This document shows positions 26,938 to 41,268 of a DNA stretch of 64,000 nucleotides, piece by piece. Both the position numbers and the translations under genes were made by a program. How positions within the stretch are numbered: the first letter of the stretch is position 1; every line of letters starts with the position of its first letter. Source of the stretch: Octopus vulgaris (taxonomy: Eukaryota); NCBI GenBank assembly GCA_951406725.2, contig OX597824.1:9796001-9860000 (forward strand), given 5' to 3'. The notes below the pieces were generated by a model. It saw only the letters and a program-made list of their open reading frames with translations, was not told the origin of the DNA and searched no databases.

Positions 26938-26987
<50 letters not shown>

Positions 26988-27176
26988 GGGTTCAGCAAAA
27001 AAATTGCTTTACCACACACCGAACTATTAGAAATAGCAGCCAAAGAATTTAGCTATTTCCTCTACCTTAAGAAGAGTCTCCTAGATAATGTATACTCAAA
27101 AACATTACACGTAGAGGAAATAGCTAAATAGTTCGGTGTGTGGTAAAGCAAGTTTTTTTGCTAAACCCTAATTATA
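26897..27176. repeat. Compound palindrome X-(TA)n-X'-Y-spacer-Y'-X
   Basis: X = aatagttcggtgtgtggtaaagcaa...aaccctaatta; Y = atttagctatttcctctac. Confidence 0.9.
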
Positions 27177-27546
27177 TAAAATAATGTTTAAATTTACCGT
27201 AAATGGTCCTTTTACATACTGAACATTGCTTGCTAAAATTATTAATTACTAATTAATTAATTAATTAATGTTACCCTTATTAATATTGACTATATATATA
27301 TTAGAAGGTTTGGAGATGATGTACAGGTATTTTATATTAGAAGAAATGAGGTACTCAGAAATTCGGATGGTTTTATATTTACAGATATTTATTTGTATAT
27401 TATATGTTTTTATACATCATATAACTTATATCATATATCATATATTAGCGCTTTTGTCCATTCTAGTGGAATTTTCAAATTCAACTATGTTCTTGTGGAA
27501 AAGTTTTGACCATTTTATAGTGTTATTGAGTGTGTAGTCAAGTGTG

Positions 27547-27612
<66 letters not shown>

Positions 27613-27630
27613 TGAGTTTACATCTCGTCC

Positions 27631-27693
<63 letters not shown>

Positions 27694-27795
27694 GGAGTAA
27701 ACACATAAATGTGAAACAAGGTGGAAAAAAGAGTACTCAAATACCAGTGGTAGAGTAATATGCTTTATTTAAAGCAGCAGAAAATTCAACAAAAC

Positions 27796-27833
27796 CTGTT
27801 ACTCTGAGTTTCCCGTTGCCGTTCATCGGACAG
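27796..27833 (-). ncRNA. Minimal type I hammerhead motif
   Basis: ctgt CCGATGA acggcaacgg GAAA ctcagag TA acag. Confidence 0.65.
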
Positions 27834-27851
27834 TTTTTGCTAGAATCAAAA

Positions 27852-27889
27852 CTGTCCGATGAACGGCAACGGGAAACTCAGAGTAACAG
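27852..27889 (+). ncRNA. Minimal type I hammerhead motif
   Basis: ctgt CCGATGA acggcaacgg GAAA ctcagag TA acag; stem I ctgt/acag. Confidence 0.65.
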
Positions 27890-27937
27890 GTTTTGTTGAA
27901 TTTTCTGCTGCTTTAAATAAAGTATATATATATATAT

Positions 27938-28053
27938 ACTCTTTTACTCTTTTACTTGTTTCAGTCATTTTGACTGCGGCCATGCTGGAACACCGCCTTT
28001 TTTTTAGTCGAGCAAATCGACCCCAGGACTTATTCTTTGTAAGCCTAGTACTT

Positions 28054-28102
<49 letters not shown>

Positions 28103-28250
28103 GACGGGCTTCTTTCAGTTTCCCTCTACCAAATCCACTCACAAGGCTTTGGTCGGCCCGAGGCTACAGTAGAAGACACTTGCCCAAGGTGCCACGCACT
28201 GGGACTGAACCCGGAACCGTGTGGTTGATAAGCAAGCTACTTACCACACA

Positions 28251-28254
<4 letters not shown>
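27938..28254 (-). mobile_element. SINE family B, internally deleted
   Basis: Head and tail present, joined by (TA)n. Confidence 0.85.
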
Positions 28255-28340
<86 letters not shown>

Positions 28341-28585
28341 TATAAGTAAGATTTTAATGATTTCCATAATTTATATTGATTTTATAACTTGTATTCTTAT
28401 CTTATGTGTATCGAATTATATGATATATATGTATAATGCAGAGGTTCTCATTTTGTTGAATGAATAAATAATCCAAAATTCTAATATCCCAAAGGATTGA
28501 TGAAGTTCAAACTAAACTTTTCCTCCATTTTTATTGATAATATAATATAATATATATTTATATATAAATATAATAATATATAAAA

Positions 28586-28619
<34 letters not shown>

Positions 28620-28687
28620 TTATATATATATATTATATATATTATCTTAATGAAACTAAATTTTTCATTTTAATTATAATATATATA

Positions 28688-28807
<120 letters not shown>

Positions 28808-28886
28808 GCCGATAGCCGATATATATATATATATAGATATTAAACTAAATATTTATATATATCCATTTATATAATTTGTATTATAT

Positions 28887-29021
<135 letters not shown>

Positions 29022-30005
29022 CGAGATAAAGGCTAGCCGATAATTGACGTAATGAGTTTAAAGAAAAGGTTGCGAGATCAGATTTGAGATATTGAATATT
29101 TCTTGAAATCCAGCAGAATAAATGACGAATGGAAAATGTATACAGATGCGAATTCATTGAAATGAACACGAAAGTGGATTGCGAATTTGGTTTGATAAGA
29201 TCTTAACACTATTCTCTACCTACCATTAATATGGATAAATGAGAAACTTTTATGCTTCTCTCGTTGGTTGAAGGCATAAAACTTTGTAGGAGTAGAACTG
29301 TGTTCCATTGAACAGTCTTCAATGCATGTCTATAGTTCATTGAATCGATCTCGATGCTGCGAGGTAAAAATTGATTAGAGCGAACATTTTTAACTCAGAG
29401 GAACGAGAGAAAATACTATGAAGAATTTAATCTTGTGTTCTAGTGCTCCAGAAAACATTGCTTTCCATCGAAGGGATGAATTAAAGTTCAAAAGGGCAAT
29501 ATTTCTAAAGGAGATAAAATGAACGAGTGAATGCACGAATGAAAGAATGTGTGAATGAATGAATGAATTCATAGAGCTAAGAGTAAAGGGAAACGTTATT
29601 GACGAATGAGAATAATAGATTAAAGTACAAACTTACTGAGAATGAGAATATTAAGCAAACTTGAAGAGAGACGGAGACACAAAGGACCCAACAAGCTGTA
29701 TGTACGCATGCGCGTATGTGTGTATGTATATATATATATATATGCATGTATGTATGTATGTACGCATGTATGTAGGTATGCATGAATGTAAGAATGCATG
29801 TATATATATGTATGTATGAATAGAACATGTATGCATGTATGTATGTATATGTATATATCTATGCATGGAAGTATATTTTTATGAATGTATCTATGTATGT
29901 ATGCATATGGATGTACGTGAATGTATGCGTTCATGGATATATTTATGTGGGACACAATGCAGTTTATGTATGTATGCACGTATTTAGATCGCTATGGAGT
30001 TTAAA

Positions 30006-30094
<89 letters not shown>

Positions 30095-30158
30095 GTATTT
30101 ATGTATATATATATATGTATGTATATATATATATATATATACACAGATATATATACAC

Positions 30159-30198
<40 letters not shown>

Positions 30199-30204
30199 TT
30201 ATAT

Positions 30205-30499
30205 TTTGTTTGTTCTTCTCGAGCCATGTCTGGCTCATAAGGGCCGGTTTCCCGGTTTCCTTGGCGTATAGGTTCACCACAAGGACGGGTCGCCGGTCCG
30301 TCGCAGGTGAGCTGCAAGATGCAGGAGGAAAGAGTGAGAGAAAGTTGTGTCGAAAGAGTTAGAAGTTTGCCATTACCTTTTGCCGGAGCCGCGTGGAGCT
30401 CAGGTGTTTCGCTCATAAACACTCACATCGCCCGGTCTAAGATTCGATACCGCGATCACTCGACCGCGAGTCCGCAGCTCTAACCACTAGGCCATGTGC

Positions 30500-30503
<4 letters not shown>
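30205..30503 (-). mobile_element. SINE family C relative, tail iii-like
   Basis: tRNA head; gcgacggaccggcgacccgtcc...gaaaccgggaaaccggccc as in 48520. Confidence 0.8.
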
Positions 30504-30580
<77 letters not shown>

Positions 30581-31228
30581 TACGCAGGTGAATGTGTTTG
30601 TGTGAACGGGTGTGTATGTGCGTGTGTGTGTGTATGTGTGTATACGTGTGTGCGTGTGTGTGTGTGTATAGGTGTGTGCGTGTGTGTGTGTATGTGTGCG
30701 CGTGTGTGTGAGTGCGTGTGTATGTGTATGTATGCATGTGCGTGTGCATGTATGTGTATGTGTGTGCGTGTGTATGTGTATGTGTATGTATGCGTGTGTG
30801 TGTGTGTGTGTGCGTGTTTAAATAAATATGAATCTTATTACGGTGTCGTTTCTACCAACAGTATAGACGTGTCTTGTCAAAATTTACAAGTTCAAAGCTC
30901 CATTAAAAGCCATTAAAAAAAACATTAAAAAAACCATTAAGCCAATGTTGAACTTTGATGCTACATGATACTTAATTCGCTTTTTGTGTCAGAGGGGAGA
31001 CGGGTGGGCAATGAAGTATTCATCATTCTTCTATTAGTAAAAATTCGATAAATATCAAAACTGTCTTTGACCCACACTGATGAGTGATGCTGTTGTCGAT
31101 GATGTGGCAATTATTGTCGTTCTTGTTACTGATTACATGCCACACACCGCAGATCATCTTCGACTGAGTAGTTCTATGATCGCTGGGGTTCCACTTTTGA
31201 CCATCCCACCATTTATTCAGACCTAATA

Positions 31229-31661
31229 CGAGGGGTGTATGAAAAGTTTTGAGCCTGACCTAGAAACAGGGCTGCTAGGTAGCTGAAACAATTTTTTCTG
31301 GTAAGTAATGCTCCGACCCACACCCCAGTGGATACCATGGCAACAATTTGTGATTGTGGATACGTACTTGTTCCCCACCCGCGTTATTCGCTAGACTTAG
31401 CCCCCTCTAACTTTCATCTATTCCCCAAAATGAAAGAAGCCCTGTCTGGTCGCCGTTTTGCCAGTGACAATGACGCCATAGACGCTGTAGGAAGTTTCTT
31501 TCAGTCTCAAACAAAAAAGATAATAGCGCTTCAGCACTGCTGGAGAAAGTGTTCAGCCATCGAAAAATAAGTCATGAGAAGTCTTGTTGAAAAATAAATC
31601 ATGAGAAGTCTTGTACTACGTTTTGTTCATTTGAGACTCAAGACTTTTCATACACTCCTCG
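31229..31661 (+). mobile_element. Internally deleted mariner transposon
   Basis: TIRs cgaggggtgtatgaaaagttttgag / ctcaagacttttcatacactcctcg; TA flanks; ORF 31328-31570 contains VPHPRYSLDLAPSNFHLFPKMKE. Confidence 0.92.
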
Positions 31662-32307
31662 TATATGTAGAACAATCTGTCGCATTTAAGGCACCTACGA
31701 CTATATTTTCTAGTGTGTTGTTTTTAAAGGCAGTGTCGTATGATTCGAGGGAGATTTAGCTACAATTTCTAACAGGTTTCAGCCTTGGAGATACTGCTCC
31801 TTCATTATCTCATATTGTAATGCCAACTCACAATTGCAATATTCGCTCTCAAACACCTAAAGACGTTTAGTTCAAAATACCTGAAGAGATTTAATTCAAA
31901 GACCGCAGAGGTTTCCTCAAAAACATAGAAATCAAACCAGTGTTCCATCTCAAACTATTAATGGATATCTGAAATCATTTTTCTTTTTTAGTGACCCAGT
32001 CTCAACATCAGTGATGGAACGTAGATTAATTAGACCAGCTAATACGAGTAATATTAACTAGTGTCGAGCATTGTTTGTGAACTTAACCAACAAGTTTGCA
32101 GTCAAACCAATACAGGAGTTCTCGTGTTGTTGCTCAGTATGTTAAAAAGGGCAGCTGAATAACCCGCAATGGACATCATATCATCATAAAACCTTCAAAG
32201 TGGATAAACCGGATTGGAGAGTCTATTAGTCGGATCCATCATACCTGACTCTGAGTTTGGCCTCATCAACAACGGTAGCAATAACAACCAGACGGTAGTG
32301 AAGTGAC

Positions 32308-32540
32308 AAGGCGGCGAGCTGGCAGAATCGTTAGCAAGCCGGGCGAAATGCGTAGCCGTATTTCGTCTGCCGTTACGTTCTGAGTTCAAATTCCGCCGAG
32401 GTCGATTTTGCCTTTCACCCTTTCGGGGTCGATAAATTAAGTACCAGTTATGCACTGGGGTCGATGTAATCGACTTAATACATTTGTCTGTCTTTGTTTG
32501 TCCTCTCTGTGTTTAGCCCCTTGTGGGTAGTAAAGAAACA
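32308..32540 (+). mobile_element. SINE family A (tail A1)
   Basis: Full length; TSD ggtagtgaagtgaca. Confidence 0.92.
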
Positions 32541-32720
32541 GGTAGTGAAGTGACAAAACTAAATTATGGTTTCACGGAATGTATCAATAATGCAAACCAT
32601 CAACGCTGAGTAGGGATATCAACCAGAGTAGCGGTAGCCATGTTGACTTAAAATAATTTTCTTGGGGCTTAACTAAGTATCTATCTTGAGGCTACGATCG
32701 TTGATAGACTCGGTATATGT

Positions 32721-33120
32721 ATTTCTTTATTTCCCACAGGGGGCTAAATATAGAGGGGACAAACAAGGACAGACAAAGGACCGACCAGTTACGCATTGGG
32801 GTCGATGTGATCTGGTACTTATTTAATCGACCCCGAAAGGATGAAAGGCAAAGTCGACCTCGGCGGAATTTGAACTTATAACGTAACGGCTGACGAAATA
32901 CCTATTTCTTTACTATCCACAAGGGGATAAACACAGAGAAGACAAATATACAGATTAAGTCGATTATATCGACCCCAGTGCGTAACTGGTACTTATTTAT
33001 CGACCCCGAAAGGATGAAAGGCAAAGTCGACCTCGGCGGAATTTGAACTCAGAACGTAACGGCTGACGAAATACCGCTAAGCATTTCGCCCGGCGTGCTA
33101 ACGTTTCTGCCAGCTCACCT
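32721..33120 (-). mobile_element. SINE family A dimer/nest
   Basis: Tail-to-GGTATTTCG junction at ~32900; outer TSD ctcggtatat. Confidence 0.85.
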
Positions 33121-33344
33121 CGGTATATTGGCAGCCATGGCTACTCGACTACATAATGCTCGACTCACGACTACATAATGCTTACTTTGTGGTAATAGCA
33201 AGATCTCAATCTTATGAGCTCGATTCTCGAATAGACTGAGTTTACGATTCGTTCATTAGACACGATAAAATAAGAACCAATCAAGTACTGATCAATGTGT
33301 TGTTGCATCTTTCACTTTTTTTCTGTCTTTGTAGAAAGACGGTG

Positions 33345-33610
33345 TGTCCAGGTTTTGGTAGGCCCCTACCCTAGACCGGTATGGTCAACGCCCTTAATAT
33401 TCACCTTGAAGTCAGCAGCTGTGGATAAACATTGACAGGGAAATAAGTCCAGAGGGTGGAAACGTTCTGAGGAGGAAGTAACGTGGCTATAAGAGTTAAT
33501 GCACAGAATATGGCTGACGAGAAGAGGAGAGTGGAGTTGAGTCATAAAGGGTTGCACCTTTCCAAACTCCGTCCCAACCCTCTCTAAACGTGTGTGGCCT
33601 GGGCCTACAT
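33345..33610 (-). pseudogene. Possible LINE (L2/CR1/Jockey group) ORF2 C-terminal relic
   Basis: INSYSH..PLDLFP..ADFKVNI weakly resembles the NSF..WNxLP..FP..FK end motif. Confidence 0.35.
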
Positions 33611-33850
33611 TAAGAATCATTGCATGAAAAGCAGTTTGCTTTTTGTTGTTGTTGTTGTTGTTGTTGTTCTTTTTTTGTTTTTTGCTTCTTTATCTGCTTT
33701 GTCTGTAGATGTCATAGATGTAGAATACTTTGGAAAATCCAAAGATTTCTGGCGAGAAGATTAATGGTCTATCAAAATGTACAGCAACAATTGAAGTCAT
33801 TAATAACACGTTTATCTACCATGAAGATTTGGCATTCTAAAACGAAAGAA

Positions 33851-33895
<45 letters not shown>

Positions 33896-34319
33896 AAAGA
33901 GCAAGTGTGAGTGAGTGTGTGTCTGTGAGTGCGAAGTGTGCGATGGCATGTGTGTCAATGTTTCACTGGAAAGGTTAGTGACGATGGAGTGTGTAGATAT
34001 AAAGATAAGGAAAGAAGGAAGAGAATAAGAGTACGGGGGAATAAGAGTACGAGAGAATATGAGAATGGAAACGAAGACGCATTCGAAGACAAAATACCGT
34101 TGTCTATGTACATATGTGTTTGTGTGTGTGTGTGCGTGTGTCTGTGTGTGCATGTGTACGTATGTGTATGTATGTATTTAAAACATGTATGCGGTAATGT
34201 GTATGCATGTAGATATATGTGTCTGTATGCATTTATAGGTATTATTATGTGTGTATCTCCATGTTTATATAAGATATATGCATGTATGCATATGTACACT
34301 CACACACACACACGCATAA

Positions 34320-34752
<433 letters not shown>

Positions 34753-35316
34753 GTATGTATGTATGTATGTATCTATGTGTGCATGTTTGTATGTGTGTGT
34801 ATGTATGCATAAATAAATATACATATGCATCATACATGTTTATATAAATGTATGTATGCATATATATATATGCATGTGTGTGTGTATGTATGCATGTATG
34901 CATATGTATATATGAGTCTTCATATGTATAAATAGATACACATATACACATATATATAAACATATATACAAACAGTGATTCACTTGCTCATTACTCAGAG
35001 TTTCACGCTTACACACACACACACACATAAACAAGCAGGACACACACACACACACACACACGCACGAACACACACAAACAAACAAGCAGCACACGCGTAT
35101 ACACATGCACACGCACACACACGCAACCTATCACTCATGCGATCTTTCATAGTGGCAACTCACGTGTTGCGTGTATGTATATATTTCTATTTATGCATAG
35201 ACAGACAACCAGACAGACAGACAAACAGACAGATGGGCAGATAGATAGACAGACATGTTAAGAAAGAAAGACTCACAGACAGGCAGATAGATACATAGAT
35301 GGATGGATGGATAAAC

Positions 35317-35513
<197 letters not shown>

Positions 35514-35654
35514 CAGAGGGATGGAAAATTAGATAGACAGCCGGATGGACAGATAGACAAATAGACAGCCGGATTGACAAATAGATAGACAGATAGACAA
35601 ACGGACAGATAGACTGACAGACGGCTGGACTGATAGACGGACAGATGGATATAT

Positions 35655-35921
35655 AGCTTTCTTTATTAGGCACACAGGGCCGAACACAGAGGGGACAAAA
35701 TACAATATAGAGCTTTGAAAATAGAAAAAAAAAGGGAGGAAAAAATTCCGATCAAAAGGGGTCGTGCAAAAAAAAAATGATCCGATCAAAAGGGATCCTG
35801 TATCACATAACAGAGTAAAAATGTAAAAAAAAAACAGATTACGTTTATCAGTGGAAAGAAAAGCCTACGAAAAAAAACTGCGGTAACCTCAGGCAGGGGG
35901 AAAAAAACATAAGAGCAAAAT

Positions 35922-35989
<68 letters not shown>

Positions 35990-37520
35990 GGATTTACAGG
36001 ATCATGCTCAAAGTGGTTTCGTCATTCGCGCGTACCATCTTTTCTACATTCACCCACCTTTTATTCAATCTATTCTCACCTTCCTTTTCAAGTGGTACTT
36101 GAAAAAGGTTGATGAGCGATTGGCCAGAGAGGAAAGTGCTTGTCTGTAAACCTTTCGCTCGAGTCCACCACACACATTCTTTCACCATAGCCACCAGTGC
36201 AATGAAAACTGCCTAGCCTTCCCGGGAAGGTGGCAGAGCAATTTTCACAATATCCTCGGCCGACAACCGAATTCGTCCCACACACAACAGCAGTCGTTCG
36301 GCATAAGCACACGGGTCCGAAATGGTTGGAGTGCGTGCAGAACGGTTTCGTCGCTCTAACCGCAACTCAGGCAAGTCGGTCCGGGGTCTCTCGAACTGTG
36401 CCTGTAGAGCTTATCTCGAACGAGCAATACGCCTCGAAAGCACTGACAGGCCAGCGATCTCTGGTGATTGTCCATAGGTCCCGGCCCGAAAGTTGTCCTG
36501 AAAAGGCAAGTCAGGTGTTACTCGTCGATGCCCAGATTCTCCCCGAGAACGTCGTTGCACCTCCCCTCCACTAATCCTCTATAGAACGCCTTCGTAGAAT
36601 CAAAGTCGCACAAGTTTCGTCCCGGACGGCAGGGTTGTTTGAGAGCAAGGCAGCACTCGCGGTGCCATTCGCCTAGCCTCGGTCTCTGTTTGACCCACGA
36701 CTGCAGTTCGGCCTAAGAGACGAGCTGCGGAAAAGCGCGCCGCACGAACGGCAACCACTCCTCTTCACCGTCGTCTGTGAAGCGCCGGAGATGTCGCAGT
36801 GTCAGCGCATGTCTGCGCATCAACTACGGCATGCCCAGCCCTCCATTTAGCGGGTGTTGACAGCAAATGGATCGCCTAAACATCGGAAGGCTTCCCTTCC
36901 ACAAAAAGCGGAGTAGCATGCGTTCCAGTTTGGTGATGGTAGGGTCGGGACAAGGTACGACGGTCAGACGGTAATCGATGACGGATGCGATGTACGCGTT
37001 CACCACCTCAACCCGACCTTTAAGGATAGCTTCCTCTCGGCACATTGCTAGGTGAGAATGGCCACCCTAGTCGTTATCTCGTCCCAGTTCTTCTCCATTT
37101 GGAGGTCCGGACCGAAACAGACCCCGAGCAATTTAACCGGTCCGTCGATCAAGCGTCTCACGATGGAGACGCTTTTGGACGACTTGGGCTTGCTTCTCCA
37201 GGTGCCGAGCCCCAAGCCCACTGACTTTTCCCAGTTAATTTTTCCTCGTTAGCTCTTCGTATTCTTTTAGTGTCTCGCGGACGAGGTCGATATGCTTGTG
37301 GCTCGACAATATGACGGTAATATCATCCGTATGCAGACACTCTCCTCCCGCACCCCAGTTCTCACGGGATGCCTCTCAGCGTCGCCAGTTCTCGCAGTCG
37401 TAGCTCTAGAGTCAATACTTTCAGAAGCGACGAGAGGGGGCATCCTTGGCGGACCGAACGCTTGATGTTAAATGGTCTGGACAGATGACCATTTACGCGA
37501 ACTATCGAACGGATGCTGTT
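35655..37520 (-). mobile_element. Decayed Tx1/L1-like LINE, 5'-truncated
   Basis: RT motifs SIVRVNGHLSRPFNIKRSVRQGCPLS and RFLWKG...NGGLGMP; C-terminus homologous to ORF 50782; 3' tail ...aataaagaaag beside GATA-rich sequence. Confidence 0.88.
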
Positions 37521-38185
37521 GTCATGGATACTCCTGCCCGGCACGGCGCATGTCTGCTCAAGAACACAACGCGTCGCCCGGTCCAGGAATCGAAACCACA
37601 ATCTTACTATCATGGTGCTGACACTAAGCCACGCGCCTCCACAATCTACCTAAGGCTATTGTTTGTTTGTTTTTTGTTTAATATTATTTGACCTAATTAA
37701 AGGTCTAGTTTTCTTAATTCGATATTCAAACCTAGAATCAGAATAGGGACGACCTTATAACAGTTTATATAGCTGTTTAAGGTTACCTAATCTTCGTCTC
37801 ACCTTCTTTGCACTCAAAAATTATAGCCACCTGCCAAATGTAATATTAGCTAAACCTACTTGCACTTATTTCGATTCAGACCACGTCAGTGGATGGACCT
37901 TGAATAAATTGGCACAGACTAATGAGCAGATGAAAGTAACTGGATGCGAATGCAATTGCGAGATATCTGTGCTGCAGAAACGTGAGTCGAACACATTTAA
38001 ACCAAATGTGCTGTGTAATAATAATTGGTTGTGGAAACAAAAATGTGTCGATGTATTACTAAACTCCGTATTCATGGTAATTGTCATATATAACTAGATA
38101 AATATTATAAGAAAAACAGACAGACAGACAAACAAACAGACAGACAGACAGACTGACAGACAGACTGACAGACAGACAGACAGAC

Positions 38186-38237
<52 letters not shown>

Positions 38238-38250
38238 GGATGGATGGATG

Positions 38251-38322
<72 letters not shown>

Positions 38323-38471
38323 TGCTTGTTTGTTTGCATGTATGCATGTGAGTATATATTCGTATATATATATATTTCTATTTTTGCAAATATGCAAACA
38401 GACAGATAGACAAACAGATAGACAGATAGACTGACAAAAAGGAAAAAAAAGAAAGGAAAAGAAAGAAGGAA

Positions 38472-38516
<45 letters not shown>

Positions 38517-38539
38517 TAGATATACAACTAGATAGATAA

Positions 38540-38612
<73 letters not shown>

Positions 38613-38629
38613 CAGATAGTTAGACAGAC

Positions 38630-38684
<55 letters not shown>

Positions 38685-39089
38685 CAGACAGACCGACAGA
38701 CAGACTGATAGATAAACAGACGGACATACATCAGAGGGGAAACCTTAGAAGGAGAGAAAGAAGTTAAAGAGTTGAGAAGAGAATTTCAGATCGAGTGTCA
38801 GAATGTCCATGAGGAATTTAATGACAAAGAATACGTTTTAGAACAAAAGAGAGAGAAGACAAAAAATGTAGACATAGAGAATGAGAGGTAAAAGAGAGAA
38901 AGAGGAAGAGATGGAGAGAGGTGGGGGGGGGGGTTCAAGTAGGTTTAGAAAAGATTTAATATGCCAAGGCAGCAGCGAAATGTAAAGGCAGGATTCGTAT
39001 CGGAGAAAAAACCGCGGCATCTCAAACGCTTCCCGTTTTACCACCTCCTCTCGGCACAGCATCGTCAGCATTAATTTTGCAGCAAGCAG

Positions 39090-39109
39090 TAGTGGTGGTG
39101 GTGGTGGTG

Positions 39110-39175
<66 letters not shown>

Positions 39176-39597
39176 ATAATTTACGAAGAAGAAGAAAAGA
39201 GGAAGAAGGAGAGGGGAGTAGGAAGAAGAAGAAGAAGAAGAAGAAGAAGAAAAGGAAGAGAAAAGGAAGAAGAAAAGGAAGAAGAAGAAAAGAAGAAGAA
39301 GAAGAAGAAGAAGAAGAAGAAGAAGAAGAAGAAGAAGAAGAAGAAGAAGAAGAAGAAGAAGAAGAAGAAGAAGAAGAAGAAGAAGAAGAAGAAGAAGAAG
39401 AAGAAGAAGAAGAAGAAGAAGGAAGAAGAAGAAAGAAGAAGAAGAAGAAGAAAAGGAAGAAGAAGAAGAAGAAGAAGAAGAAGAAGAAGAAGAAGAAGAA
39501 GAAAAGGAAGAAGAAGAAGAAGAAGAAGAAGAAGAAGAAGAAGAAGAAGAAGAAGAAGAAGAAGAAGAAGAAGAAGAAGAAGAAGAAGAAGAAGAAG

Positions 39598-39626
<29 letters not shown>
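39090..39626. repeat. (GTG)n(GTA)n followed by ~440-bp (GAA)n polypurine tract
   Basis: Direct reading. Confidence 0.97.
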
Positions 39627-39628
<2 letters not shown>

Positions 39629-40060
39629 CGTGGGAGTGGTAGCAGTGGTGGTGCCACTAAGCGCACAAGACGACTCCATCTCCAGTCTTTTCACCGACAT
39701 ATTTTTACTATTTTTATCATTAAAGGTAGATTAGTCTGAACGGCCAAAGGCGTATGTACTGTATGTATGTATGTATAGTATATATGCAGGTGTGTATGTG
39801 TGTATGAAAGTATGTCTATATGAATTATTCTTATATGTATCTATATACAAAAACAGTATAAATGGGAAAACATGTATACGCTACATGTGTATGTATACAT
39901 GCATAGGCACACATACAAACTACAGCTTTTCAGCGTATGTATGGAGATTATATATATATATACACACACAAAAATACATACATATATACATACATAATAT
40001 ACAGATATACATATACAAACACATATATACATATATGTATATATATGTATATACATATGA

Positions 40061-40121
<61 letters not shown>

Positions 40122-40160
40122 TATATACACATACATATATACATAAATATATATATATAT

Positions 40161-40585
40161 GTAATTCAATGTCTTACGGCTGTTTCTGCGATATCCCCGA
40201 GTATGGGATATTGTGTCATCAGAGACAAAGAGGGGAAAATAGGGAAAATGAGAAGGGTATATATTAATGAAATGACGACATATATGAAGGGAGTAAATGA
40301 ATAAGGAAATGGGGAGAGAGAAGAAAAAAGAAGCATAAAAGTTGATAGTTCAACTTTCCGATGTTGTAGAACTTGTGCACTTCTTTCTACGACATCGGAA
40401 AGTTGAACAATGAACTTTTATGCTTCATTTTTCTTCTCTCTCTTCATCTCCTTATTCCTTTACTCCCTTCCTATATATCTTCATTTCATTAATATACACC
40501 CTTCTCAATTTCCCTGTTTGTCTGTGATGACGGAATATCTCATACTGGGGGACATCCCTGGACAGCCGTAAGGCTTTGAATTCCT
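40161..40585. mobile_element. ~425-bp imperfect fold-back Penelope-like element with terminal hammerheads
   Basis: Arms pair to a centre near 40375 (aactttccgatgttgtagaa / ttctacgacatcggaaagtt); adjoins (TA)n. Confidence 0.75.
40171..40226 (-). ncRNA. Type I hammerhead motif (canonical core)
   Basis: gtct CTGATGA caca atatccc-atactcg-gggatat cgca GAAA C agcc G TA agac. Confidence 0.72.
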
Positions 40586-40655
40586 TTCAATAATGATAAC
40601 GTATATGACATGAGATGTTTGCCTTGCCTTAACGTTTGTTGTCCTCTTTAAACAT

Positions 40656-40701
<46 letters not shown>

Positions 40702-40707
40702 AACACA

Positions 40708-41020
<313 letters not shown>

Positions 41021-41140
41021 CACCACTCGTGTTCGACATCTCCTTTTGAAATATATATATATATATATATATATATACGTTTAAATATTTGTTGTGCAAG
41101 ATTGGCTAAACTGGCAATATGACCATTCCGAAATATAACA

Positions 41141-41199
<59 letters not shown>

Positions 41200-41268
41200 A
41201 GAACTTTTTACGTAATGAGATAAAAATAAAAAATGCTGAGTAGATATTAGAACATTTATAGATAGAAG

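Larger units (their letters stand above)
27691..27922. mobile_element. Penelope-like fold-back repeat between (TA) runs with a hammerhead on each strand
   Basis: Perfect ~73-bp inverted arms (27764-27837 / 27848-27922); same family as 34437-34703. Confidence 0.75.
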
